64,000 bases of DNA from Thalassobaculaceae bacterium (GTDB lineage Bacteria > Pseudomonadota > Alphaproteobacteria > Thalassobaculales > Thalassobaculaceae), in assembly GCA_029212785.1 (NCBI GenBank), contig JARGOG010000024.1, positions 41-64,040 on the forward strand, written 5' to 3'. This document shows, one piece after another, positions 9,674 through 19,066 of the stretch. Within the stretch, counting starts at the first letter, position 1, and every line of letters begins with the position of its first letter. A program made the position numbers and the translations under genes. Below the pieces are notes generated by a model that saw only the letters and a program-made list of their open reading frames with translations, was not told where the DNA came from and did not search any database.

Positions 9674-10326
9674 GGCGTTAAGGATCCTATTCCGGTCTGG
9701 GCGGACAGTTCAGCCCATCTAGTTTGAAATTGTTCAGCATTTTTCGCAACTGTCGGAGCATCGTCACCAGGTTTGTACAGTGCCGAACCGAGACCGAAAC
9801 CACTGGCGCCGGCGGCGACATAGGCCGCCATCGTGTCCGGCGCAATCCCGCCGACGGGCAGGATCGGAACTTCCCTCGGCAGCACCGCGCGCAGGGCCTT
9901 CAGCACTTTCGGGGGCGCCGCTTCGGCGGGGAACAGTTTCAGCGCGTCGGCGCCGGCGCGCAGCATCGCGAAAGCCTCGCCGGGCGTCGCAAACCCCGGA
10001 ATGGCGATCGCCCCCAGCGCCTTTGCCCGCGCGACCACGGCGCCGTCAGCATGGGGCATGACGATCAGGCGGCCGCCGGCGGTAACGACCTCGTCGACGC
10101 TGTCCGGCTCGATCACCGTGCCGGCGCCGACCAGTATACGGTCGCCCACCGCCGCCGCCAGTCGCGCGATGCTCTCGATCGGCCGTGGCGAATTGAGCGG
10201 AACTTCCACGATGGCGAAGCCCGCTGCATCCAAGGCCTCAGCAATGCCGACGACGTCATCGGGCCCGACTCCCCGCAGGATCGCGACCAGCGGACAGCGG
10301 TCGAGAAAGCCCCTCAGATCGGTCAC
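9670..10326 (-). CDS. dgoA: 2-dehydro-3-deoxy-6-phosphogalactonate aldolase
   Basis: LVAILRGVGPDDVVGIAEALDAAGFAIVEVPLNSP and a later KLFPA segment are typical of DgoA/KDPG-type aldolases. GTG start overlaps the dgoK stop (GTGA). Confidence 0.85.
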   Translation of the reverse strand: MTDLRGFLDRCPLVAILRGVGPDDVVGIAEALDAAGFAIVEVPLNSPRPIESIARLAAAVGDRILVGAGTVIEPDSVDEVVTAGGRLIVMPHADGAVVARAKALGAIAIPGFATPGEAFAMLRAGADALKLFPAEAAPPKVLKALRAVLPREVPILPVGGIAPDTMAAYVAAGASGFGLGSALYKPGDDAPTVAKNAEQFQTRWAELSAQTGIGSLTP

Positions 10327-11234
10327 CTGCTCTTACCCCGTCGCAAACTGTCGGCGATCAGAAAAAGCCCGCATGCCGCCGCCCCCTGAGCGACCGCCAT
10401 CGCCGAATGGCCGAGGGCCTCCAGGGCACGTCGGTAGAGTTCGACCAATTCGTCCTCGCCGATGAGGTAGACCGCATCGCTCGGCTCCGCCGCACGGATC
10501 TCATGGCCGATGACGAGGCCCGACAGGAAGGCACCGGCCGAGTCCGGCGACAGGTCGTTGAACAGGCCCGCCGCCCGAACGCCGAACAGGTGATGGAGAA
10601 ACCCACCCGACGCGCCGGAGCGCGCCACGCCGGCAAGGAACGCGGAATCGTCCCAGGCCGCATGCTCGATTCCACGACCGAGGATGCTGTGCCGCCGCAG
10701 CACATCGAACACTTCACCCGTCATGTGGGTCGCGAACCGGGTCACCTGGCGCGCCTCGACCGTGGCCCATTTGGAGTGCGTGCCCGGCAGACAGAGCGTT
10801 GCCCCAGTGGTGCCGAGCAGGTCGATGGCGCCAAGGATCTGGACCTCCTCGCCACGCATCACGTCGGGCACTCCGTCATCGCCGTGAACCGACAGCCCTG
10901 GGGTCAGATGGACCACGCGCCCCCGCTTCAGCGCCAGCGGCACGAGAGCGTCCGCGATGGTGTCGACCGAGGCCGGGCAGGAAAGATACGGCGTCTCAAG
11001 CCAGCCCTGACGGCTGCCGATCATACCCGCGAGCACCACCGGCACATCCGGCGCCGCATCAAGCCAATCGCCGGCAAGTTCCTCGAACGCCTCCTCGAAT
11101 TCACCGTCGTCGATGACCAGGATTCCCGCCTGGGCCTTCCGGCCTTCCAGAATCTCTCCGTCCACGCCGAAGCGGTACACGCGAAAAGAGGACGTGCCCC
11201 AGTCGACACCGATGGCGGTCGTATCCTCGCTCAT
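10323..11234 (-). CDS. dgoK: 2-dehydro-3-deoxygalactonokinase
   Basis: IGVDWGTSSFRVY N-terminal motif. I chose the ATG at 11232-11234 (MSEDTTAIGVDWGTS), which overlaps the upstream gene's stop as ATGA. The listed start 11279 is a possible alternative. Confidence 0.85.
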   Translation of the reverse strand: MSEDTTAIGVDWGTSSFRVYRFGVDGEILEGRKAQAGILVIDDGEFEEAFEELAGDWLDAAPDVPVVLAGMIGSRQGWLETPYLSCPASVDTIADALVPLALKRGRVVHLTPGLSVHGDDGVPDVMRGEEVQILGAIDLLGTTGATLCLPGTHSKWATVEARQVTRFATHMTGEVFDVLRRHSILGRGIEHAAWDDSAFLAGVARSGASGGFLHHLFGVRAAGLFNDLSPDSAGAFLSGLVIGHEIRAAEPSDAVYLIGEDELVELYRRALEALGHSAMAVAQGAAACGLFLIADSLRRGKSR

Positions 11235-11911
11235 CGGCGTGGCGGATCGCCAAAGGGGGTCAGGCATATGTGCCGCCATGCCAGATCCCGCGCTTCGAAC
11301 CAGGCCGCCATGTCGGGGGGCAGTTCCGGCATCGCGCTCGGGTCAGCGAAGTCGATCCACAATAGATACCCATAGATCACCGTATCGGCGAAGCCCGGCG
11401 CGTCACCGGAAAAGAACGGCCCGCGCTCCAGCCTGGTGGCGATCCGACCGACGGTGAAGGCCAGATCGAGCTCGGTCGCGGAGCGGTGCGCGACCAACTC
11501 GGCGAACGTCATCTGATAGCGATCTTCTCGGCTGCTGCGGAAATAGTCTCGGTCCTCGGGGCAGAGACGATCGATGAACCAGGGCGCGATCACCTTGCCG
11601 GCCCGGCTGCCCAGTTCCTGCTCGATCGCCGCCAGACCGAATTGCTTGTCCTCGTCGACGAAGACCGGACGCGTTTCCTGGAGCGCATCGAGATGACGGA
11701 CAATGGACGCGGAGTCGGTGAACCGATCGTCGCCGTCCACCATCGCCGGACAGGTCCGCGACCCGGTCTCGGCCGCCAGCCGGTCGACATCGGCAAACCG
11801 CATCGGCACGCGCGGGCAATCCATCCCCTTGAGCGCAAGCGCGATTCGGACCCGGTAGCCGATCGGGCTCGGGCACAGATTGTCGGCGCCAAGGCGCTCG
11901 TAAAGGATCAT
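11231..11911 (-). CDS. Glutathione S-transferase-like protein
   Basis: Real start taken as MILYERL (cat at 11909-11911). Thioredoxin-like N-terminal part (SPIGYRVRIALALKG...CPAMVDGD) plus a helical C-terminal part. The listed 511-aa ORF is a spurious upstream extension in another frame of the neighbouring gene. Confidence 0.7.
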   Translation of the reverse strand: MILYERLGADNLCPSPIGYRVRIALALKGMDCPRVPMRFADVDRLAAETGSRTCPAMVDGDDRFTDSASIVRHLDALQETRPVFVDEDKQFGLAAIEQELGSRAGKVIAPWFIDRLCPEDRDYFRSSREDRYQMTFAELVAHRSATELDLAFTVGRIATRLERGPFFSGDAPGFADTVIYGYLLWIDFADPSAMPELPPDMAAWFEARDLAWRHICLTPFGDPPRR

Positions 11912-12951
11912 GGATCCGCTCCCACCCGTACCAGCGCCTTTCCGGCGTTCTGCCCGGAGAGCAGCCGGATCAACGCGTCTGCGGCATTGTCGAGGCCGAC
12001 GGCAACGTCCTCGCGATACCGTATCTGTCCGGCACGATACCAGCCTGTGAGTTTTTCGACGATAGCGCCGTATCGGTCGTAATGATCGAGGATCAGGAAC
12101 CCTTCCATCCGTGCCCGCTTGACCAGCAACTGGCGGTTCGGACGCGGCCCTATCGGCAACGGGAAGGACGGCATGCCGATGGTGCCGCAGATGGCGATCC
12201 GGGCACCGACATTGATGCGCTCCAGCACGGCGTCGAACTGTGCCGCACCGACGCTGTCGAAGAAGCAATCGACCCCATCCGGCACCGCCCTGTCGAGGGC
12301 CGGGCCGATATCCTCGGCGGCCTTGTAATCGATCGCGGCGTCGAAGCCGAACTCCTCGAGACAGGCTTTCACCTTGTCCGGGCCGCCGGTCACGCCGACC
12401 GCCCGCGCGCCCAACGCCTTGGCGATCTGGCCGACCATGCACCCGACCGACCCGGCGGCAGTGGTCACGACCACCGTCTCCCCCGCCTTCACCGCGCAGA
12501 CATCGACCAGCCCGACATAGGCCGTCGCGCCGTTCACCCCTAGGACATGCAGGGCGGTGGATATCGGCGCGAGCGCCGGGTCGACCACCCGGTCGATGTC
12601 GCTGCCGTCGGAAACGGCGAAGCGGCGCCATCCCTGCCGACCCTGGACGATGGTTCCGACCGGGTAGCCCGGATGACGGGATTCGACCACCTCGCCGACC
12701 GTGAACCCGGTCATCGGCGCGCCGATCGGCACCGGTTCGCTGTAGTTCGGGGCATCGGCAATCCACCCGCGCATGGCAGGTTCGAGAGACAGCCAGATCA
12801 CTCGGATCAGAAACTGCCCATCGGCGACCCGCGGCATCTCCGCATCGACCGGTTCGAACAGGTCCGCACGCACCGCCGGGTCCGGCCGGCCGCGCAGCAC
12901 CACGTGCTGATTCTCATCGCTCAATGCCGCTTCCCCCAGCTTGACACCCAT
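11908..12951 (-). CDS. NADP-dependent oxidoreductase, medium-chain dehydrogenase/reductase family (alkenal/one reductase-like)
   Basis: 347 aa. Nucleotide-binding segment TTAAGSVGCMVGQIAKALGA. Overall pattern resembles YncB/PTGR-type MDRs. Confidence 0.85.
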   Translation of the reverse strand: MGVKLGEAALSDENQHVVLRGRPDPAVRADLFEPVDAEMPRVADGQFLIRVIWLSLEPAMRGWIADAPNYSEPVPIGAPMTGFTVGEVVESRHPGYPVGTIVQGRQGWRRFAVSDGSDIDRVVDPALAPISTALHVLGVNGATAYVGLVDVCAVKAGETVVVTTAAGSVGCMVGQIAKALGARAVGVTGGPDKVKACLEEFGFDAAIDYKAAEDIGPALDRAVPDGVDCFFDSVGAAQFDAVLERINVGARIAICGTIGMPSFPLPIGPRPNRQLLVKRARMEGFLILDHYDRYGAIVEKLTGWYRAGQIRYREDVAVGLDNAADALIRLLSGQNAGKALVRVGADP

Positions 12952-13062
12952 AGGACCGCTTGCGACGCTCGCGCCTACAATTCGATCGCTGCCGGCTCGT
13001 TGGCCGAAGCCCTCGATTCAACCACATCGTGAACTCACGGGATATACCAGGGGGAAACCACC

Positions 13063-13908
13063 ATGAAGCTGCTGCGCTACGGCCCCAGCGGGCAGGAGAA
13101 GCCGGGCGTGCTCGACGCCGCCGGCGGGATCCGAGACCTTTCCGGTATCGTCGACGACATCTCGTCGGTCTCGATCGCCGCAGGCGTGCTCGACAAGCTG
13201 GCCGGCACCGATATCGAGAGCCTGCCGAAGGTTTCCGGCAGCCCGCGCATCGGCGCCTGTGTCGGCGCCCCGGGCAAGGTCGTCTGTATCGGTCTGAACT
13301 ATTCCGACCACGCCGCCGAGACCGGTGCCCAGCCGCCGAAGGAGCCGATCGTCTTCATGAAGGCGACCAGTGCCGTGCAGGGCCCGAACGACACCGTGCG
13401 GATGCCGCGAAACTCGAAGAAGTCCGACTGGGAAGTCGAACTCGGTGTGATCATCGGCAAGGCCGCCAAGTACGTGAGCGAGGCCGACGCGCTCTCCCAT
13501 GTCGCCGGCTACTGCGTCGCCAACGACGTGTCGGAGCGCGAGTTCCAGGCCGAGCGCGGCGGCCAGTGGACCAAGGGCAAGTCCTGCGACACCTTCGGCC
13601 CGATCGGCCCGTGGCTGGTGACGTCCGACGAGGTCTCCGATCCGCAGGCGCTCGACATGTTCCTGGATGTGAACGGCAAGCGCTTTCAGACCGGCAACAC
13701 CAAGACCATGATCTTCTCGGTCGCCCACATCATCCACTATGTCAGCCAGATGTTCTCTCTGCTGCCGGGCGACGTGATCATGACCGGCACCCCTCCGGGC
13801 GTCGGCCTCGGCGTCAAGCCGGAGCCGGTGTTCCTGAAGGACGGCGACGAAATGTATCTGGGCATCACCGGCCTTGGTGAGCAGCGCCAGAAAGTCGTGG
13901 CTGACTGA
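13063..13908 (+). CDS. Fumarylacetoacetate hydrolase (FAH) family protein, short form
   Basis: 281 aa with FAH motifs (DWEVELGVIIGK, VANDVSEREFQ, KGKSCDTFGPIGPW, MTGTPPGVG). Confidence 0.9.
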   Translation: MKLLRYGPSGQEKPGVLDAAGGIRDLSGIVDDISSVSIAAGVLDKLAGTDIESLPKVSGSPRIGACVGAPGKVVCIGLNYSDHAAETGAQPPKEPIVFMKATSAVQGPNDTVRMPRNSKKSDWEVELGVIIGKAAKYVSEADALSHVAGYCVANDVSEREFQAERGGQWTKGKSCDTFGPIGPWLVTSDEVSDPQALDMFLDVNGKRFQTGNTKTMIFSVAHIIHYVSQMFSLLPGDVIMTGTPPGVGLGVKPEPVFLKDGDEMYLGITGLGEQRQKVVAD

Positions 13909-13910
13909 CC

Positions 13911-15089
13911 ATGCCGAACCTCGACCTGACGGTCGACATCGTATTGCCCCAGGACCGCGCGCAAGCGGTCCTGGTCGGCCGTGTCTGGCGCCCGGAAGTG
14001 GGTGGCCCGGCGCTGGTCGTGCTGCGGGGCGACGATGTTGTCGACATCTCCTCGACAGCTCCGACCTGCTCGGAGCTGATGAACGGCGACGATCCGCTGG
14101 GCGTCGCCACGGCCGCGGCGGGCGAGACCGTGAGCACGGTCGCCGAGATTCTCGCGAATACGCCGACCGACGACCGCGACGGCTCCAAACCCTGGTTCCT
14201 CAGCCCGATCGACCTGCAGGCGGTGAAGGCCTGCGGCGTCACTTTTGCCGAAAGCATGATCGAGCGGGTGATCGAGGAGCAGGCCAAGGGCGATGCCTCG
14301 GCCGCTGACAAGATCCGTCAGGAGATCGCCGAAAAGATCGGTGCCGACCTGTCGAAGATCACCCCGGGCTCGGACGAAGCGGAAGCTTTGAAGGCCGCGT
14401 TGATCGAGCGGGGCATGTGGTCGCAATACCTCGAGGTCGGCATCGGCCCTTATGCCGAGGTCTTCACCAAGGCGCCGCCGATGTCGTCGGTCGGTGTCGG
14501 CGCCGATGTCGGACTGCATCCGATCTCCAGTTGGAACAATCCGGAACCGGAAATCACGCTGGTGGTCAGCGCGGCGGGCCGTATCGTCGGCGCCATGCTG
14601 GGCAATGACGTGAATCTGCGCGATGTCGAGGGCCGCAGCGCCCTGCTGCTCGGCAAGGCCAAGGACAACAACGGCTCGGCCGCGGTCGGCCCGTTCGTCC
14701 GGCTGTTCGACGATGCCTTCACCCTGGATGACGTGCGGTCGGCCGAGCTCGCCCTGCGGGTCGAGGGGAAGGACCAGTTCGTCCTCGACGGCCACTCGTC
14801 GATGCGCAAGATCAGCCGCGACGTGGCCGACCTGGTGTCCCAGACGATCGGCCCGACCCACCAGTACCCCGACGGCGTGGTACTGATGACCGGAACCCTG
14901 TTCGCCCCGACCAAGGATCGCGGCGCGCCGGGACAGGGCTTCACCCATGCCGATGGCGACATCGTGTCGATCTCGACGCCGCGGCTCGGCACCCTGATCA
15001 ACCGGGTCGGACGCAGTGACGCCATCGCGCCCTGGACCTTCGGCACCGGCGCACTCATGCGCAACCTCGCCAAGCGCGGGCTGATCTAA
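13911..15089 (+). CDS. FAH family protein, long (~390 aa) form
   Basis: C-terminal FAH fold motifs (NNPEPEITLVV, LGNDVNLRDVEGRS, KAKDNNGSAAVGPF, VLMTGT). Starts 3 nt after the previous FAH gene. Confidence 0.8.
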   Translation: MPNLDLTVDIVLPQDRAQAVLVGRVWRPEVGGPALVVLRGDDVVDISSTAPTCSELMNGDDPLGVATAAAGETVSTVAEILANTPTDDRDGSKPWFLSPIDLQAVKACGVTFAESMIERVIEEQAKGDASAADKIRQEIAEKIGADLSKITPGSDEAEALKAALIERGMWSQYLEVGIGPYAEVFTKAPPMSSVGVGADVGLHPISSWNNPEPEITLVVSAAGRIVGAMLGNDVNLRDVEGRSALLLGKAKDNNGSAAVGPFVRLFDDAFTLDDVRSAELALRVEGKDQFVLDGHSSMRKISRDVADLVSQTIGPTHQYPDGVVLMTGTLFAPTKDRGAPGQGFTHADGDIVSISTPRLGTLINRVGRSDAIAPWTFGTGALMRNLAKRGLI

Positions 15090-15112
15090 ACGGACTGATT
15101 GGGGAGCGGGCC

Positions 15113-15862
15113 ATGGTCGCCTACGATTTCACCGGACAGAGCGCCATCATCACCGGCGGCGCGCGCGGCATCGGCCTTGCCGTGGGAAAGCGGCTTTGCG
15201 ATGCCGGCGCGTCCGTCAGCCTGTGGGACTCCGATACCGCCAAATTGGCCGAGGTCGCGGCCCTGTTCCCAGAGGACCGGATCCACACCGCCACGGTGGA
15301 CGTCACCGACGACGCGGCGATCGACCGGGCCGCGGCCGAGGTCGAGCGGGAGTTCGGGCGGATCGATGTCCTGGTCGCCTCCGCCGGCATCACGGGACCG
15401 AACACCAAGACCTGGGAGTATCCGGTCGATGCCTGGCGTCGGGTGATCGACATCAACCTGACCGGCGTGTTCCTGTGCGACCGGGCGGTCGTGCCCTATA
15501 TGCGGTCCCGCAAGAAGGGGCGGATCATCAACATCGCCTCGATCGCCGGCAAGGAAGGCAATCCGAGCGCACCCGCCTATTCCGCCTCCAAGGCCGGCGT
15601 GATCGGCCTCACCAAGTCGCTCGGCAAGGAATTGGCGGACACGCCGATCACGGTGAACTGCATCACCCCGGCGGCGGTGAAGACCGATATCTTCGACCAG
15701 ATGACCCCCGAATTCATCGAGTTCATGCTCTCCAAGATCCCCATGGGCCGCTTCGGTCTGGTGGAGGAAATCGCCAATCTCGTCGCCTGGCTCGCCAGCG
15801 AGGATGCCTCCTTCTCCACCGGAGCCGTGTTCGACTGCTCCGGCGGTCGCGCCACCTACTGA
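15113..15862 (+). CDS. SDR family oxidoreductase (FabG-like)
   Basis: TGGARGIGLA cofactor motif, NIAS, catalytic YSASKAG. Confidence 0.9.
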   Translation: MVAYDFTGQSAIITGGARGIGLAVGKRLCDAGASVSLWDSDTAKLAEVAALFPEDRIHTATVDVTDDAAIDRAAAEVEREFGRIDVLVASAGITGPNTKTWEYPVDAWRRVIDINLTGVFLCDRAVVPYMRSRKKGRIINIASIAGKEGNPSAPAYSASKAGVIGLTKSLGKELADTPITVNCITPAAVKTDIFDQMTPEFIEFMLSKIPMGRFGLVEEIANLVAWLASEDASFSTGAVFDCSGGRATY

Positions 15863-15877
15863 CGGCCCGATCGGGGC

Positions 15878-16639
15878 ATGCGCGACACGCTCTACCCGGA
15901 CCTCGCCGGACGGACGGTATTCATCACCGGCGGGGCCTCGGGGATCGGTTCCGCGATCGTGACCCGGTTCTGCGCCCAGGGCGCCAATGTCGGCTTCGTC
16001 GACATCGCCGAACGCGAAGCCCAGGGACTGATCGAGACGATCAAGAAGGCCGGGCATCATCCGCCGGAATTCGTCGAGGGCGACGTGCGCGATCTGGAGG
16101 TGCTCGCCCGGTCGATCAAGGCGATCCGCAAGCGCTTCGGGCCGATCAGCATCCTGGTGAACAACGCCGCCAAGGACGACCGCCACACCTTGGAGCACAT
16201 CACCGCAGAGTATTGGGACGACCGGTTCAGCCTGCTGGTTCGTCCGATGTTCTTCGCCGCCCAGGCTGTGGTCGCCGACATGCGCACCCGCGCCGGCGGC
16301 TCCATCATCAATCTCGGGGCGGCCGACCGGCCGCTGCAGAGCAGTCGCGCCGCCTACGACGCCGCCAAGGCCGCCGTGCACGGGCTCACCAAGGCGCTGT
16401 CCCATGAACTCGGCAAGCATGCGATCCGGGTCAACACGGTGGCGCCCGGCTGGGTCCTGACCGACCGGCAACGCGAGCTCTGGCTGACCGAGAACGCGGC
16501 CGAGGAACTGAAGACCCGCCAAGCGATGCGCCGCGAAATCACGCCGGAGGATGTGGCCAACGCCGTCGTGTTCCTGGCCTCGCTGGACGCCGAGATGATC
16601 AGTGGCCAGGAGATCGTCGTCGACGGCGGCTACCGATAG
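15878..16639 (+). CDS. SDR family oxidoreductase
   Basis: TGGASGIGSA cofactor motif, NNAA, catalytic YDAAKAA. Confidence 0.9.
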   Translation: MRDTLYPDLAGRTVFITGGASGIGSAIVTRFCAQGANVGFVDIAEREAQGLIETIKKAGHHPPEFVEGDVRDLEVLARSIKAIRKRFGPISILVNNAAKDDRHTLEHITAEYWDDRFSLLVRPMFFAAQAVVADMRTRAGGSIINLGAADRPLQSSRAAYDAAKAAVHGLTKALSHELGKHAIRVNTVAPGWVLTDRQRELWLTENAAEELKTRQAMRREITPEDVANAVVFLASLDAEMISGQEIVVDGGYR

Positions 16640-16836
16640 GGGGTTCTGCCCTCGCACCTGAACGTCTTCCCGGCCCCCGCGCCGGGACCGAGGGTGCAGC
16701 GCGTCGGAGCTATGCGGATCGCTTTCCAGCGCTCCAACACGCCGGCGTCTAAGTCCCGGCGCAAAGCTGGGAAGACGGCTGGGGCGTTGGTTCCGTCTCC
16801 CACTCCCCGGAACAGGACCGGGGAACGTGGGGAGGC

Positions 16837-18075
16837 TTACTCCGCCGGCAGGGTGGCCGGTTTGCGGCGGCCGAAGCCGAGGGTCCAGTCCACCTCGTTT
16901 CCGATATCCGGCGTCGCCGGCACCAGCCGCGCCAGGACCAGGCTGACGCCTGCCATCACGGCGCCGACCAGGAACACCGCCGCCGGCGAGACCAGCCACA
17001 GCAGCCCGAAGGTCACCGGAATGAACACGGCGGCGATGTGGTTGATGGTAAAGGACACCCCGGCGGTCGGCGCGATCTCCGCCGGATCGGCGATCTTCTG
17101 GAAATAAGTCTTCATGGCGATCGCGATGGCGAAGAACGCGTGGTCGATCACGTAAAGGGTGCCCGCCACCCAGACATTGGTCACGAATGCGTAGGTGGTG
17201 AACACCAGGACCAGCCCAACATACTCGAAGGTCAGCGCATTGCGTTCGCCGAACCGCACGATCAGACGGCCGATCTTCGGCGCCAGCAGCATATTGATAG
17301 CGCCGTTGATGAAGAACAGGGCCGCGACCTCATGCACCTCGTAGCCGAACCGCTCGACCATCAGGAATCCGGCGAAGACGGTGAAGATCTGCCGCCGCGC
17401 GCCGCCCATGAAGGTAAGTGCGTAGTACAGCCAGTAGCGCCGGCGCAGGATCAGCTTCTTGTGCTGCGGCACGCCCTCGCGGAACGCCGGATAGGCGATG
17501 AACAGGAAGGCGAGCACCACCAGCGTCAGACAGCCGGCAATCAGGAAGACCGTGGTGAAAGAGAGGTTGAAAGTATCCCACCCGACGAAGATCAGGCCGT
17601 AGGCGACGAGCTGGGCACCGGCGCCGACGGCGATGATCTTGCCCATGCTGGCCGCCGCCGTCGCCTTGGGCAGCCACTGCAGCGACAGCGATTGGGCCGC
17701 GGTCTCATAGTAGTGGAAGCCGACCGACATCACGAAGGTGGTCAGGTAGAACCCCCAGATCGTCGGGAAGTATCCCGTCACCGCAACGCCGATGCCGAGA
17801 CACAGTAGCGACAGATACGCCAGCGTCTGCTCGCGCATGAACAGCAGCAGATAAACCGCCAGGAACGACAGGAAGCCCGGAATCTCGCGGATCGACTGCT
17901 GGATGCCGATTTCCCTGCCGGTGAAAGCGAGTTCGTGCACCGCGAAATTGTTCATCAGGTTCCACCAGGCAGCGAACGACAGCTGCATGGCGGCGGCCAT
18001 GATCATCAGCATCACCGCCGGCGAGCGCCATCCGGTGGCGGCCTTGGGATCGGCGGAGCTGGACACGTACGACAT
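16837..18075 (-). CDS. MFS transporter
   Basis: 412-aa polytopic protein with about 12 hydrophobic segments in two halves. Divergent from the AraC regulator. Confidence 0.8.
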   Translation of the reverse strand: MSYVSSSADPKAATGWRSPAVMLMIMAAAMQLSFAAWWNLMNNFAVHELAFTGREIGIQQSIREIPGFLSFLAVYLLLFMREQTLAYLSLLCLGIGVAVTGYFPTIWGFYLTTFVMSVGFHYYETAAQSLSLQWLPKATAAASMGKIIAVGAGAQLVAYGLIFVGWDTFNLSFTTVFLIAGCLTLVVLAFLFIAYPAFREGVPQHKKLILRRRYWLYYALTFMGGARRQIFTVFAGFLMVERFGYEVHEVAALFFINGAINMLLAPKIGRLIVRFGERNALTFEYVGLVLVFTTYAFVTNVWVAGTLYVIDHAFFAIAIAMKTYFQKIADPAEIAPTAGVSFTINHIAAVFIPVTFGLLWLVSPAAVFLVGAVMAGVSLVLARLVPATPDIGNEVDWTLGFGRRKPATLPAE

Positions 18076-18168
18076 GGCGGAACTCGGAACAAAGTGGGGA
18101 GAACGGGTCGGCGAGAATTCCTACTACCCCCGGGGCGCCACTACGTGTTAGCGGTATATCGTCAAAGA

Positions 18169-18966
18169 ATGTGGACGACTCGCCAATTGATCCATCCTTC
18201 GCTCTACGCCTCGCCGCATGACGAGGACCCAGCCCCGGTCGTGGCATTCGCCGGCGAGGCCGATAAGGACGACCGGGGATCGGCGCACAGCCATGTCCGC
18301 CATCAGCTGTTCCATCTGGTCTCCGGCTCGGTCACCGTCGAGACCGAGATGGGCAGCTTCGTCGTACCGCCGGAGCGCGCCCTCTGGATGCCGTCCGATG
18401 TGATGCACGCGACCCGGTATCATCAAAGAACCTCGCTGCGGTTTCTGTATTTCCGGCCGGAAGTGGTGCGCGACGCGCCCCGCGCGCCGTCTGTCATCCG
18501 GATCTCGCCGCTTCTGCGCGAACTGATTCTCGCCTTCATGGCCTATCCGCGCGACGCGGAGAACGCGGGTCCCGCCGCCCGCATCGCGTCGGTCATCCTC
18601 GACCAGATCGCCACCGAACCGGCGGCGCCTCTGCACCTGCCGATGCCCGTCTCCGATCGACTGCGGCGCGCGGTCACCGACCTGGCCGCCGACCCCGCCA
18701 ACGCGGTCAGCCTGGAGAACGTCGCCCGACGGGCAGCGCTGTCGCAACGTTCGTTCGAACGGCATTTTCGGGCGGAGACCGGGCTCAGCTACCGCGCCTG
18801 GCTGCGCCAGGCCCGGCTCATGAAAGCAGTCGAGTGGCTGTCCTTCGGAGAGTCGGTCGGCGACATCGCCCATCGCCTCGGCTACGAGGGGACGAGCGCC
18901 TTCGTCGCCAGTTTCCGCAAGGCTTTCGGCGTCACGCCGGGGCGCTACTTCGCCGACGCGGCGTGA
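18169..18966 (+). CDS. AraC family transcriptional regulator with N-terminal cupin-like domain
   Basis: Trimmed to ATG 18169 (MWTTRQL); the listed start 17935 would overlap the MFS gene. C-terminal HTH region: SLENVARRAALSQRSFERHFRAETGLSYRAWLRQARL...GYEGTSAFVASFRKAFGVTP. Confidence 0.85.
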   Translation: MWTTRQLIHPSLYASPHDEDPAPVVAFAGEADKDDRGSAHSHVRHQLFHLVSGSVTVETEMGSFVVPPERALWMPSDVMHATRYHQRTSLRFLYFRPEVVRDAPRAPSVIRISPLLRELILAFMAYPRDAENAGPAARIASVILDQIATEPAAPLHLPMPVSDRLRRAVTDLAADPANAVSLENVARRAALSQRSFERHFRAETGLSYRAWLRQARLMKAVEWLSFGESVGDIAHRLGYEGTSAFVASFRKAFGVTPGRYFADAA

Positions 18967-19066
18967 CCACCGGCGCGGGATCAGAAGGGGAGGTTTCCCC
19001 GTGTTACACTCAACACCGGGAAGCGTCGGATCTCCCAGTGGTGCTGTCCATCCAGCGAGGCGCGTG

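Noticed and set aside
11912-12766. Upstream 285-codon extension of the GST-like ORF (listed as 511 aa).
   Set aside because: The extension overlaps the MDR oxidoreductase gene in another frame and is Arg/Gly-rich. The internal ATG at 11911 gives a normal-sized GST-like protein and an ATGA overlap with the upstream stop.
15086-16999. 637-aa minus-strand ORF spanning both SDR genes.
   Set aside because: It runs antisense to two genes with clear SDR motifs. The product is Arg/Gly/Pro/Asp-rich low-complexity sequence with no recognisable domain, the usual shadow ORF of a high-GC genome.
17935-18168. Upstream 78-codon extension of the AraC regulator ORF.
   Set aside because: It overlaps the start of the divergent MFS gene and has shadow-like composition. 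ATG 18169 leaves a normal divergent promoter gap.
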